DNA of 49,305 bases, counting the filler, from Catajapyx aquilonaris (lineage: Eukaryota), in assembly GCA_000934665.2 (NCBI GenBank). It is 2 parts of 2 records of this genome, joined end to end, with 100 filler letters (N's around TTAATTAATTAA, not from the genome) between each part and the next. Parts side by side here need not be neighbours in the genome. Positions count along the whole stretch, not along the records: positions 1 to 24,587 come from JYFJ02005483.1; 1 more part is not named here. One strand, written 5' to 3'. The notes under the pieces are model-generated. The model was not told the DNA's origin. It did not search any database and saw only the letters and a program-made list of their open reading frames with translations. The stretch's first letter is position 1; each line of letters opens with the position of its first letter. Positions 1 through 13,596 of this stretch are shown piece after piece. The translations under genes were made by a program, and so were the position numbers.

Positions 1-110
1 GAAGTTTATTAATTCCTATTCTTTTACATTGTGACCAACCAAGCTCATCATTTTCTTCGACTTATAGAGAACTTCGACTTAGGGAAGTTCGACTTATAGA
101 AGTTTTACTG
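1..110. mobile_element. End of a non-autonomous DNA element (terminus CAGTAAAACTTCTATAAGTCG, pogo/Tigger-like)
   Basis: Near-identical sequence recurs at 32180-32290 and inverted at 32490-32590; related termini at 33960-34576 and 39880. Confidence 0.7.
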
Positions 111-1535
111 CAACCAAAAGTCAAATGTTCACCCTACATGTTTCTAGAAAAACCGAAATTTGGAACATATGGTTGAATTCTGTCAAGGTCTCAGTGACAT
201 TTTAAAACCCCGCTAGTGTCAATATAGGTCACGAGCAAGGACGAGGTAAAAAATGAGGACTCTTCCATTTTGATGCTTACATTAACCCGATTATTTCAGT
301 AACTGTGCATCCCACATACATGAAAAAGTTGGCTTTCAATAAATTCTAAACGGTATGCATAATCCGGTGATAACAGACAAAAAATATCCGATTTAAATTA
401 TTACGTGCCATGTTGGCAAGTCAAAGTTCGTGACCCTTGACACGAGCCTATAGTAGACTTGAAATTTCCGAACAATTTTGAAGTAATCAATAAATGGCAA
501 CAGACGTCAAAACAAGTAATTTGTAAAAAGAAATGAGTGTCCAAGTCCATGCGTTCACTTTCTATGCGGGTTCAAGGAAAACTGCAGGTATGTTACAGTT
601 TTTGCACGATTGCATAGTAATTTCATGAGGGATCACTTGGGAACTTTCAGATATTGTTCAGGGGGGCCAATTGAACATATATCCCAAATTTCGTTTAGTA
701 ACTCTAAATGTCCAGGTAATATGCTGTTTGCACTGGACTATTGACAGTCCCGCCTCGGTCCGGCCGCCCAGCCGCGCGCGCGCGCAGCGCTGCGCCATAA
801 TCGCCTCCCCGCGGCTGCTATTCATGACATCGTCATTGTAAAAACTATTTATTAAAAGTGAAAGTGTGCTCTATAACTTCTGTTTGAAACATTTTCCGAT
901 CCCACCCCTAAAGGTAGCAGAAACGGACATCACATTGTCAACAGCCTGTTTCACGAAAGCTAACTTGCATACTATACGGACCATATTTAAATAAATACAC
1001 GCGATACCGCCAACGTACTGGTACCACAAGAGACAACACTTTATTGGGAACACTTTGCAACAAGTCCCGCAACAATATCTTACTTGAGTACCCAGCACGG
1101 GTCAAAAATAGGAACGAATGCATAAATCAAAAATGGCGGAATTTAAACCAAGATGGCGGCGTTTCCCCATCCGGTAGAGAGTGGGACTCAACGGATTCGT
1201 GTTCAGCACCATCAAATCCATATGTACACCGGTTTTCAGCTTTCTACCTTGTTTGTCATTCGAACAGTGTTTTTGGGAATAATTCTACTGTACTATAAGT
1301 GAGTAAGTGTCAAGATAGTGATGGCCATGGCAGGAAAACAATAGTGTCTCTACCGTAGGGACCAAAGTGAGGACCCCATCGGTATTAGGAAGGTAGGCCT
1401 AACTGATGTGAGATAAAGCCACTCAAAAGCCTGTACATGTTGTAAGGAAATATAACTGATTAGTTTATTTTGCAAGTATTCGTCGCATACAAGAATAGGC
1501 TTTGGCGGTTACACACAATAAGATAGGCCTATGGA

Positions 1536-1811
1536 GGCGGCATGGTGGTCTAGCGGTTACGCCGCTGGCCAGCCAAGCGGGAGGCCGGGGTTCAAATCCC
1601 GTCCCCGTCACCTCTGCTTGGCCGGGTCTTTTTCCGCTTTTCACCCGACATGCCGGAGCAGAATTGCACTCCCTTCTCTGCTCGGGGCCAGGAGAAAAGG
1701 CCTGGTGTTAAAAGAATGTCAGAAATGGCTATCGCACGGCGCCCTCCCTTGGGAACTTCCCCTTCCCCCCTAAGAGGGCCACGAGCTCTATCACGGGGTA
1801 ACAAAAAAAAA
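1536..1811 (+). mobile_element. tRNA-derived SINE (family A)
   Basis: A box TGGTCTAGCGG, B box GGTTCAAATCC, A-tail, 16-bp TSD AAGATAGGCCTATGGA at 1520-1535 and 1812-1827. Confidence 0.9.
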
Positions 1812-1966
1812 AAGATAGGCCTATGGATTTGCTATTGCTGCGTATTTCCTCCTAAATCGTTGCTGTCATTTCTCTCCAAGAATAACTCTCGTGATCATGA
1901 TACTTATAGGGTTTTGTATGTCCTCGTGTAACAGATTCCCCGCTCAACCTCTCCGATGGAGATGTA

Positions 1967-2075
1967 CTTTTGGCCACTTTATCCTGGTCGTGAAGCAACC
2001 CTTCACGCACACACACTTCCATAAGTGGGGCCTGTGCTAAGGGTTGCTTCCAGACCAGGATAAAGTGGCCAAAAG
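1967..2075. repeat. Small foldback/MITE-like hairpin
   Basis: Inverted arms CTTTTGGCCACTTTATCCTGGTC...GAAGCAACCCTT and AAGGGTTGCTTC...GACCAGGATAAAGTGGCCAAAAG. Confidence 0.7.
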
Positions 2076-2107
2076 AATTTGAGCCCCATAGTAAGGCATG
2101 AGACGGG

Positions 2108-3364
2108 GGTGGTTTTCAAACTGGGGTACTCGAACCCTTGGGGGTACGCGAACACAATTTTCGGGGTAATCGAAAGATTTTGGGCAATGGCGTCCGCTTT
2201 CTATGCTTTGTAAGAACCATTATCCTGATTCGCGATATAATACTTATGGGACCAGGATGATAAGGATTAATGGAACCGCGGAAATTATCGGCGGTGTGAC
2301 TAGAAATGAAGAAATTACTTCTAGTTCTACGTAGGGTCAAATGTGTAGCACCGTGTAACTTCAAAGTAGATGCGTCTCCCAGCAGGTGGAAAACAACTTA
2401 CTCCCATTCTAGTGTATCAGTCATCAGTGTACGGAACCTTGTTCAGTTGTGGCCTGAATGTTGTTCGCAGTGTAGTAGTGGTGGAAGTTTTTCGATTCAT
2501 GAGTTATGTGACTGCTAGGGTAATAATTGAATCAGTTGCTACGAAAAGGACCTAAGTGCTGTAAAGCAATTTCGACCCATTTCTGAGAAAAACACAAAAA
2601 AGTTGTCCTGCTAATTCCCATTATTTTTTCCTATTATTATTTTAGTGAAGATTTATCTTACGCAGAAGAGGAATTTAACTGATGCTGTTTTCATTAAGCA
2701 CGGGCGTTTGAAACTCAAGAAGCGACATGATAGTGTTAACTCAAAAAATTTAAATTTCGACGTAACTGCAGAGGGGCCAGTGGAGGACAGTGTTCAATGG
2801 CAACATACTAGTATTGGAGTACATGAATCAATTGGCGCAACAGTATATCATTTTCCCCAGATGGACAATATATTGGACATGTCAGTCAATTGGATCAGAA
2901 ATCCATTCGAGATTTCTTTATCACTTTTGCACATGTCAGTGCAGGATCGGAAATGATCGTCGAAATTTACACGAATGGAAGTTTGTTTGAATTTATGCCA
3001 AAAACACTTGTGATTTTTGGGCTGAAAAATTGAAGACTATCCAGCCTAGCAACCTGTGCTCTGAAGTATTTAATACCATGACTGTGTACTACTACCTATT
3101 TATGTGAAGCAAGTTTTTAGGCATTAACGTCCATGAAAACTAAATTAGATCATCGACTCTGTGATGAGAAAGATCTCAGGCTTAAATTGACGCCACTTGT
3201 CCCAAATATTGTGTGAAAGAAGGAAAACTTGCTCATCACACTAAGTGGTAAGTGCCCGCAATTATTATTGTTAGGTAACATGATCGGAGTGGGGTGTACA
3301 AACTGTCTTGACATAATTATTTGAGAAGGGGTATACGCGACAAGAAAAAGTTTGGGAAGCACTG
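2108..3364 (+). mobile_element. Decayed hAT (Buster/Charlie-like) DNA transposon
   Basis: hAT-like termini (GTGGTTTTCAAACTGGGGTAC...AAGTTTGGGAAGCACTG). Stop-riddled transposase C-terminal motifs: WIRNPF (~2890) and TTYLCEASF*ALTSMKTKL..RL...DLRLKL (~3085-3190). Confidence 0.75.
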
Positions 3365-4338
3365 ATCTAAGGTTCACACCAATTAAGCAGTGCGTGAGAG
3401 TTGAACTGCCAACCATGAGATGGCATGGCAAGAACAGCTTAAAAGTCATTGGCGCCTTTTTCATACGAACAAATGAGCGAGAAAAATGCAAGCCATCATA
3501 TGATTGACGTAGGCGCTGGGGCACGACTATGCTCGGCAATCATATGATTGACGTCGCCCTCAACAGGTTAAGAGTCATCAAGAACTGGTTTCCTCTATCA
3601 CTAGGATAACCGTCCATCTGATCTTTGGTTTTGCAGGAATCCATTTTAATATCACAGGTCTATAGCAGGGGGGAAGAGACAGAAAGAATTTAACATGAAG
3701 GTTGCGCCTACCCTCTCTGACAGACGCAGCTCTACCAGCACCATGGAAGTAGCATAGGGGTACAGTATAATAGTCGAGAATCAAACCGAACGAACCTTTC
3801 ACTAACCTTTCTTCCATTTTGCAGAAAAGAGTCCCAGAACACAGCGGTTGTCATAAGCAAGCACACGACACTACTTGATTTCTGGAAGACCATCACAGCA
3901 ACAATATCTGACAGTCCAATATTCCGAGGAACAGAACTAGATTTTTAGAAGTGACTGATGACAGAGGCAACAGGTGAGGTCGCAATAAGAATATTGCAGT
4001 ATACAATATTGTCGAGTCTGACCAATTATTTCCCAGGAAATTGTCCTTCCCTACATCTCACCTTTTCAATTCCTGACTACAAATGACTGGCTTCGTTACC
4101 AGCAAAATTAATTTTTTCCATATGAGGAAGGTCAAATTGGTGAAAAATTGGCGCAGTGGTACGTTTGAGGAAGTAAAGTCATGAAATCCTGAAGTCTTCA
4201 TTTTATTGCGAGGTTTTGAATCCCTCAGATATCTTTGATGCTCCAGTCTTGTGAATGTGAGATTCCTCTTCGGTTATGCTCAGCACATAAAATTCAGTGT
4301 ACACAAGTCGACGACCAGTGGCTAGTAAGCCTGGCCTC

Positions 4339-7300
4339 CTATATCGGGCAAGAGATATCCGACAAAGCGAGATTATTGTGCTTAGCCTTACCAAATCTAG
4401 ACTTCAATGCAGAGCAGTAGAATTTGCTGAAAGGTGATTTGGTCATGAATCAACCGTAGGTATGTTTAAATAATAATAATGAGTTGGAGGTGACTCATTA
4501 CCTTTCTCCCTTGTCACTGAAGATGCTGAGGGTTTCTATGGGCGTGAACCCATGAAAATTAACAGTGGCAGTCACTGGTTTGGTGTAGTCCAACATTGAG
4601 CACACGCTGATCCCCACGTAGGAGTCGGTGTTCAAGTATCTGGGCGAAACATGAAAAGCCAATAATTTAATGCATAAATATTATGACCTGTGCTTATTGT
4701 CATTATTGTTGGTGATAATAATACTAGGATTCAAAATTAATGTTACTGAAGAGTTGTAAGTAATTCCAGGGTAGTCACTCCGTCGGTAAGTTCAAGCTTG
4801 CTGATCGTAATTCTCTTACTATGTTTCGCAGTAATCAGGAACTGTGTACCTGCAATATATATATTTTTTGCACTCATACATACTTTTCCTAAACAATGCA
4901 AGCACTGACCAAATAACGGTCGCTTGGCTCGAGTGATCAAGTACTGCGTTCCTCTACCAGGGTAATCGAAAGATTTATATCCCATGACACCGCATCCGTT
5001 CGGTTCGCACGTAAAGTGCTTTCCAGCCTGGTAATCCTTGAAAGTCGACTTTACTGGTGCTGGAAACGACTTGAACTCGCAATCTTTGGTGTGCAAGCTG
5101 GCATCGAAGTATGTCACGCTCATTCCGTGATTGCAGAATAAATCACCTACAATGATCAATATGAAATAAACACCTTATGTGTGCATTGGGTTTGAAACAC
5201 GCTGTATATAATATTTTAAATTTGTAATATCACCCTTCACTTCTTTGCAAAATGGCTGACTCGACCCGCCATTTGGATAGAAGTCAATGTGTCCCAGACG
5301 CTTAGAACAGCTCAGCTGATTGAAGGCGACGAACCCAGAGTTGGTGTGGACAATGTCCACCTTCCTGGCCTGTGACGGGTTCAGGTGGTACCCGGCACCT
5401 ACTTTGTTCAGGTAGCAAAACATCGGGCCTGCTGGGTCCAGACCTGCACGTGAAGTATACGTGTACTTGTCAGTGCATTTCGCACAATCATTATCATAAT
5501 AATTATTCGGCAAGAACTACACGAACGATTTTTCCAACGTTTTACCTGTTATACGTCCAAGCGTGAGATTGAAGCCAGTTCTCAGAAACTCCCCAGCATA
5601 TCCTGCGATTTGAGCCCCAGTACTGAATCCCACGATGTGAAAGTCATCAATATCAGCTCCCATGGACACCATGTTTCTTATCACCACTGCAGTCAATCTG
5701 CCGACAACCTCCGCGTTCAGACCGACCTCGACGTAGTTGATGTTTGCATACTCATTCCAGTCTATCATCACAGTGTTGACACACGGAAGCTGAAGGAAAG
5801 TGCATCTGCATTAGTGAACCACATTGATGGACATTTCATTTGATGAATATTCGCTCAGCCAGACATACTTTCATAAGCAGTGACTTTTCGATGTTCGACA
5901 TTCGATTCTCTTCCAATGTGTTTTGATATCCGTAGGCAAGAAAAATGGTCCGACAGGTGCGATTAAAACGGCTGGTTCGTACTGTCTCCTCGTCATTGTA
6001 CATCAGTCTCTCTGATTCCTCGGGATTGGCTGTCGTCCTCAACCAAAACTTTGTCGTGTTGGCGTAAGCATTCGTAGGAAGCTTCACAGCGTAGGTAGTA
6101 GGAGTCTTGTTAAAGCAGCCGATAAGATCTGGGGGGGGGAAATGGTAATGGTCGGTGTCGTTAGAAAATATTATTCAGACTCAGACTTGAACCAAAATGC
6201 ATTTTGCATGTCAGGAGTTCTGTGTCTGATTAAGAGGAACTCACCGTAGCATATGTTATCACGGCTAAACAATCTCTTTCCAGGAACAAGGCCAATGAAT
6301 TGCGCAACCGATCTTAATATTCCTGTGATGGGCGTGATGCTTTTGATTTTGGACATCAGACGACCGGTCAAGTGTTGTGGCTTTGGAGCAGGTGTGGGTC
6401 CCACTGGAGGCTTTGGCGTCACAGGAGCAGGAGGAGGAGGAGGACCGTCGCCGTCCCAAATTTCCTCTATTTCGTCTGGTTCCGGTTCCCCGTATTCTTG
6501 CCAGTCGCCACCGCCACCTCCATCGTCCCAGTCGTCATCAGGATCCGGCTGCCAGTCGTCATCTTGTTGCTGCCAGTCGCCAGCTTGTTGCTTCAAGTCG
6601 CCACCTTGTTGCTTCAAGCCTCCACCTGGCTGCGGCAAGTTGCCACCTTGTTGCTGCAAGTTGCCACCTTTTCGCTTCAAGTCGCCACCTGGTTGCTGCC
6701 AGTTGCCACCTTTTTGCTGCAAGTTGCCACCTGGTTGCTGCAAGTTGCCACCTGGTTGCTGCCAGTTGCCACCTGGTTGCTGCAAGTTGCCACCTGGTTG
6801 CTGCAAGTTGCCACCTGGTTGCTGCAAGTTGCCACCTGTTTGCTGCCAGTTGCTACCTTGTTGCTGCCAGTCGCCCCCTGGTTTCTGCCAGTCGCCCCCT
6901 TGTTGCTGCCAGTTGCCACCTTGTTGCTGCCAGTTGCCACCTTGTTGCTGCCAGTTGCCACCTCCCTGCTCAGGATACTTCCAGTTATTACCATATTGGT
7001 TCTCCTGTTGTTATTGCATTACATAAGACCCCCCCCGTGACTATAATACTGGTTGTAACCACTCGCCTGCTGCTGGTTTGATCCTCCGGAATACTGGTTG
7101 TAACCACCTCCATATTGCTGCTGTTGGTATGCCTGCCCCCCGTAGCCATTCTGCTGTTCATACTGACCCTTCACATTTGTGGAACCTAGAACTAATCACA
7201 TATCTCGTTGCAACAGGCGCAGGTGCAAGTGCCACATCGAGTATCTTATGGGGATCTATGTAAAGGACGCCATCTGGACATTCGCTCATAAATTGTATAT

Positions 7301-7398
7301 CTCTCCACACCGCCAAACAAAATTCATGTCTTTCAAAAGTAACTCACTGCTCTCCCCGATAATAATAGGAGAACAAAATGGATTTCTACGTAATGCAT
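4339..7398 (-). CDS. Secreted pancreatic-lipase-family protein, paralog 1, with Gly/Gln-rich repeat N-terminal extension (5' exon structure uncertain)
   Basis: Exons: putative signal exon 7398-7348; repeat exon ~7010-6245; 6128-5869; 5789-5546 (GFSTG); 5443-5234 (LDPAGP, GHIDFYPNGG); 5146-4910 (CNH); 4849-4747; 4639-4502; 4426-4339 (TAG). Downstream GT-AG introns keep frame and match the paralogs. Confidence 0.8.
6547..6963 (-). repeat. 21-bp coding minisatellite, about 19-20 units encoding GG[ND][WL]QQ[PQ] heptads
   Basis: Plus-strand unit approximately GCAAGTTGCCACCTGGTTGCT; in frame with the lipase ICY-G splice donor at 6245. Confidence 0.9.
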
Positions 7399-7679
7399 TC
7401 TTAATTTTTTTGTGTGGGATGGAGGAAGTCATGAACTTATGCAGCTGTTTTCTCATAGGCAAAAAGCATCGGAACTAATTTTGCTGTTACATATACAACA
7501 ACTTTTTTCGTGGGAGTTGAACCACATTACATGAGAAGAATAGCTAAACTCAATAATTGTTGGCCTTTATTATTTGAATTGCAAATATCTGGCCTTGAAA
7601 AAGTCACAATATATTTCGCTAGTTGCACATGTGGCAAAGGGTGGCAACGCTTCAAATGGCGCATTATGGATGCTCACAA

Positions 7680-7893
7680 ACGCGGCGTTCCAAGTTCAGG
7701 GGTGACTCTTTGATATGTGACATGATATCGTCCAATAGCAGTTATTTTTTGGTAGCTTGTTGTACCTCAAATCATATGCCCCATTCTATAACAAACTATT
7801 GTAGAATGGGGCACATGGTTAGGGGAACAACAGGCTACAAAAAATAACTGCTATCGGGCGATATCAGTGATCCCCGAACCTGCAGCACCCTGT
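7680..7893. mobile_element. Palindromic MITE (Tc1-like end CACCCTGTA)
   Basis: Inverted arms ~7724-7787 and ~7802-7866. Confidence 0.6.
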
Positions 7894-9523
7894 ACACGTG
7901 TCACTAAGCATTGGTTTCATTGAACAATGTGTGAGTCAAACCTTCCCTCCCCAATATGAAGCAATCCTGCCAACGGAATTTGATGATGATGAAGATAATG
8001 ATATGTACGGATTAACGTGTCATTAAAATTAAAATTCGGGAAGGTTCCTAGCACCTTTTTGGTCATTCCAAAGGAGAACAAATTGCTAACTGTCCACTGT
8101 CGAGACCGACTTTTAGAAACTCAGAGAATAATAGGAAAAGCTGAGTTTAATTTTTTTTCTGATATTACTAGAGACAACTAAAACTATTGTCAAAAAATAT
8201 AGCACACGTCCTGGACGGTGTAATACCCTTCAATCAATTATGTCATTTCATGAGTTATAGCGTCACATTAGGACCTCATCCCTCATGTACAGAGTGAGTC
8301 AAAGTTATCCAGCGGTCAGTGAAAGTCCGATATGCAAGAGTGGCAAATGTCATTAAGCATAATCATTAACAATGATGGACTGTTGGTTTAGCTTTAGAAA
8401 CACTCTTACACTATTACAGATAAGGCTACAATCATATTCAGAGTCATAAATTACGTTCAGCGGTTGGTTTCCGGTTGCTGTCTCTGCAATTTTCGCCCTG
8501 CACATTTTAAAATTACTGCGTTAGGCCAATCTAGCTGGACAGCCTCGAGTTATGACTCACTTTATATAAGTTATCACAATTGATCAATCACATTGTGACC
8601 CCCCTCCCACCTGACCCCTACAAGAGTGACGTCCTCTATGGAAGACCCCTTAATAATTATACTTGCGCAGGAAGACGGCTACAGCTGTCTTGAAGTCAGT
8701 CATACCCAAGCAATCCACTTATTGGAAGCCAGGTCGGCTTACATACTGTATGTTGCATTACACGTGTACTACGCAGTCCTCACTTGACGCTTTTTACGCA
8801 TTCTCCGATCAATATTTTTGCCATTATATTTGAAACAATAAACTGGCGATAACTGATATATTCTTATGAAGTACATGCCGTCTCAGGATTAGAATCCCAT
8901 ATACAGAGGGAATTACTCTTCCAAAAAAAGAGAGTAAGACTTCTACACGGACTTTTGTCGCATTATTGCGTCACTAAATTGAAGACATTGAAAAGAAATT
9001 AATAAAGCAGACTACAGAAAAAATTATCAACACACTTCCAATCAATTCAAATGCCCTTCTGCACCTTCAGTTGCAAAAAATTACCTTCAAATTCATGAAC
9101 AATAAATATTTTATGAAGCTGTACACAGAGCATTCAGTTTTTTTGTTTCATTCAAAAATGAGGCGATAATAGGGTGCAGAGCTCGGTTCATCTGCATCAT
9201 TGTTTAGGGAAGATTGGAGTATGCTTTTATTACTGGCACAACAAAGCACTGTAGGTATATCACTTTATTTGATAAGCTATTCCGTACGTTACGTCAGAGT
9301 TTTCTTATGGCTTTCAGGTTTTTGCTGAAACAATATTTGTTCAAAACAGGTCAGTCAGAACTCCTGGTCAATCACCTGCTGTGGAATATTCGTCTCATCC
9401 TGCATTTTAGACTTGTAACTTAATATAGGACAACAAATTATCCTGGCGAGAGAATGACCTGGAACTGTGGCTCATCCTGTATTGAAATCCACATTCGATT
9501 TTTTTTTTAATTGGCCTACATAT

Positions 9524-11753
9524 TTAACATTGAGTGTCCTGCAGGACAACGGTTTCGGAGGTGCCCAGTTGTAGGCCTACGGGAATCAGTCCACTAGAAC
9601 TGAAGTAGCATGTCCTGAAAAATTATATGGACTTAGAGTTAGCCTGCAACTCTCTCGACGGCGACATACAAATACCTCTGGTCCATGTCATTGACGACTG
9701 CTAATTTTCTTACTCTTCCTGGAACATCAAACTGCAGGGTGGTGGTTAAAGGTTTGGAGAAATTGAACATCGAGCATGTGCTGATGCTCACAAACTTGTA
9801 ATCGCCCACAATTCTGCGGAGAAAATTAATATCGTTACCATGAAATCCTAGTCGCCTGCACTTAGCATAACTGCTGGTATAACTTACAAGCCGGACGACA
9901 TCGGGCTGGTAGTTGTTGTCCCGTCAGTGAGTACTATGCTTATCTTATTGGATACGAAATCAACAGCAATTTGGAACAAAAACTGAGAACCTGAGGAGGA
10001 AAAACACACTCATATGAAAATATGGTAAAAGATCGAAAATTTAATCCCATAAGAGATATATCAATCTTAAAATTTTGACAGTAAAACCTGAAATACTGTG
10101 GCATACCATAAAATGGATCCTGATTGAGAGTCATCAAGAACTGCTTTCCTCTACCACCAGGATAATCGACTGAATTAAATCCCATAACACTGCACCCCAA
10201 CTCGCAATTGAAGTACATTCCGGCTAAAAATTGGCTGTAAGGTGCATCACATTTGGATAAAGTTCCATCAAGTCGTGCTGGAAATGACTTGAATTGACAA
10301 CCTTCCGCGTTGATACTGGAGTTGAAGTAAGTCACACTGATACCGTGGTTGCAAAACGGATCATCTGCAATAAAAAAATAATCAGTGGAACCTCGCAACA
10401 ACATAAAGGATTGCTTGGCCTTACCGTACTTGTCTTTGCAGTACGGTTGGGCCATGCCTCCATTCGGGAAGAAGTCAACGTGACCCAGGCAGTCTATGCA
10501 ACTCAGCTGGTTGAAAACGAGGAACCCAGAGTTGGTGTGAATTATGTCAACCCACAAGGCATGGGACGTGTTCAAGTGATACCCAGCAGCCAGAAAGTTC
10601 TGGTAGCAAAACATAGGACCTGCAGGGTCCAGACCTATACGCAATAATTAATAACAACATGTATAGTTGTCCTACAGGGTGGTACACTCCCTAAGTTGAA
10701 ATCTCCAACAATTGGTATGACAGAGTGAAATATTTGCATTTTAAACACACCTGTTATCCTCCCCAAGGTGAGATTCCAAGCTGTTTTGAGATACTGTCCA
10801 GCAAATCCCGCGATTTGGGCTCCGGTACTAAATCCTATCACATGCACGGAGAGGATGTCAATTTCCAGAATCACCATGTTGTATAAGAGGACAGCTGTGC
10901 GTCTCCCAACACCCTCTGCGTTGATTGCGACTTCGACGTAATTTACATTTGCAAACTCATTCCAGTCCACAAAGATTACATTTGCACATGACAGCTGAAA
11001 AGTCAACATCTGCACTACATGTTTGGCAATATGATTAAGCATTAAATTAAAACAGCAACCCTTACTTTCTGAAGTATAGTATTTTTAACGGCAATCAGAC
11101 TGTTGTCATTGAGTGTGTTTCGATACCCATAAATGAGAAAGAATGTCTTCCAGGTTGCGTTGAAGCTGCTCTTTCGTATTGAGTCAACATCATCGAACAA
11201 CAGTTCCTCCATCCTGTTAACATCTGACGTAGTGGTCAAGAAGAATTTGGTAGTATTTGGCGAAGGAAGTCTCACCGCGTAACTCTTCGGGGTTTTGTAA
11301 AAGCAGCCGATATGATCTGCAAGGCAACGTCGGCATAATTATAAGGAAATATTGTACGGAGATCGTTTTGCATTGCAACAGAACCTGCAGATCTTCATAG
11401 GTGACCTATATATGGAAGTATTGTTGTCAAAATAAAATAATGGTTCAATCACTCTTACCATAGCAGACAGATGCCTCGACAAACTTGCTCACGTCAAAAA
11501 CGAACGCCAGCAAATCTATGATTTGCTCTATGATGTCATAATATGCGGGGAGGATGGGGTTCAGACCACTGGAAGACATGATATCATCGATCTCGGAATC
11601 CAGGATGTTCACCTGCCCGAGCGTAAAGGTGCACTGCCTTGCTACGACTTGGTTAAAAGTTAATGATCATTAGCAGAGCTATAGCTCCTTCAATCAGCAT
11701 AACAAAGTATTACACTCACTCAGGAATAAAGTGGCTATCTGCAAAAGTGTCAT
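9524..11753 (-). CDS. Secreted pancreatic-lipase-family protein, paralog 2
   Basis: 9 exons: 11753-11720, 11647-11459, 11316-11066, 10994-10751 (GFSTG), 10634-10425 ([16 protein letters not shown]), 10364-10107 (CNH), 9990-9888, 9813-9676, 9614-9524. Hydrophobic N-terminus MTLLQIATLFLIVA; VCYDHIGCF motif. Confidence 0.9.
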
Positions 11754-13596
11754 ATCTAGTGTAGGTCAATAATTATAGCACCTTTGCAGACTGATCTGTA
11801 CTCGCACACGCTGCAACTGTGAATAGCATGCACTGTAAGTAGTAATGTAAGCTGTCTGGTTGTGCTTGTTTACAGACCTCCCAATGAAATATTCAATCAG
11901 ATAGGTGAGCAGATTCTGCAATCAAAGAACACCTGAAGGGTGGGGGAAAAATACCCTCCTTGCGCAAGACGGCCATATCAAGATTTTTAAAAGATCTTTT
12001 AAAGAATCTTTTGAAATGCAAGTATTTAATACTGCAAATTTCAAAAGTTGTAAAATAAAATACAGGGAATCTAGGGATCACGAAACACTCAGTGTGAGCC
12101 AATAATATCAGAGAGGTTGCAAACCACGTCTCTTCGAAATACGAAACATACAGTAGACCTACTACTACCTTACCCAAAGCATCCCACATTACAGTAATAT
12201 GCAAACTGGATAAGAAGGACAAGTTGGCTACAGGGAAGTGCACCTAATGTAATATTGAAGTAACCCGCTTTTAATGGGGCAATGCATGTGTATACACATG
12301 TACTACATACGAAACTACCTAGCATGTGGTGCAGCAGCAGAAACAGTCTACAAAAGTGTTATCCTCACTTCCTAATTAAAATGTATAAAACTATAATGTA
12401 TAAAACTAACATCCGCAAATATATAATCTAATATTTATATAGCAATAACTGATAACACAGTGTTTTTTCACTAAACATCTTAGTGGTCGGGTTTTATGAA
12501 ACTTGAGTTGTTTTGACATGGAACATACACTTTAAAGTTTCAACCATCAAAACATTTCGGCGTAATAAAATTCTACGTCACTGTGCTACTCCAGCAAGTT
12601 GATGACCTACAGACCTATACAATATATGTAAAGTGGCACCATATCCACATGTCTTGCAATGTCACCTTTCAATGACTTCATTGAGTAACAAATTGGCCCT
12701 AATTACTGCATGCAACAGAGTGTATTTTATTGGCATTATTTTCATTCGGTGCATAGTGTTTGCAGAGAGCCACACACCTGAAATCACAAGCCACACACCT
12801 GAAATCACAAGCCATACCCAACCACATGGCGATTTTGACCCAAATAATATTGGCAACCATTATTCGGAATGTTATTGTAAACAGCTTACTCCGGCTTATT
12901 AGAGCCATTCACTGCAGGATACAGCTGCGGCACAACAGTCATTTTGCATGCAGGACTCAAATGCAGCGAATTTGACTTCAACACAGTCGAATTTTTCCAG
13001 CTGAAGTAATGTAGGAGACACGATGTGAGATTAAGGTACGTCAAAATCTGGTAATGCTGAACAGTGCATAGTGATCAGATAGGACCCAGTTTGATATCAT
13101 GACTATCTCTACAGCAATTTTATGCATAATGGCATAATAAAGCCCAATGATAGGCTACCTACAGTTAGTCGAAAGTTAGGAAAGCCCACCAGAGGTATCA
13201 TAATTATGCAGGTGCCAGTGTAATCATGTAATGTCTTTCATGTTAACCTTTGGCACATACCCGTTATTCTTATGACACAATAATATTCTTGCGACAAATT
13301 TCGCACATACACGCATATTCCACCAGAAGATATGCCAATAGAATGCCCCAATTATATGCCGGATGATTTTATCGTGCTTATTGAGAAGTCCGATTAATTA
13401 AACCTGATAAAAGTCCAAACATTCTGGTTGGAATTACAATCCATGAATGAGCCATATGCTTCCTTTTGTTTCATATTCTCAACAAAGGAAGGCCTTCGAC
13501 TGAAGCTGACAAATCGCTGAACCTGTCACTGACAAAGGTCTGTTGTTTTGGACAGCCCCCAGCAAATATTCCACTCGGCACCAGCAACACTGCGCA

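Noticed and set aside
111..1300. GC-rich patch and AAGATGGCG motifs suggesting a promoter or transposon interior
   Set aside because: No termini, TSD or downstream gene that I could support.
1536..1610. tRNA-like sequence (also 26800-26877, 34740-34810, 38042-38120, 47950-48025)
   Set aside because: These are SINE heads with unrelated bodies, tails and in several cases TSDs; acceptor stems are imperfect, so not called tRNA genes.
6253..7081. Plus-strand Cys/Pro-rich ORF (CCKLPPG repeats, keratin-associated-like) and other long frames over the repeat
   Set aside because: Shadow frames of a stop-free 21-bp repeat; only the minus frame joins the lipase through a conserved splice site.
12768..12816. 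21-bp tandem duplication and short ORFs between lipases 2 and 3
   Set aside because: Only about two units and no coding or regulatory support.
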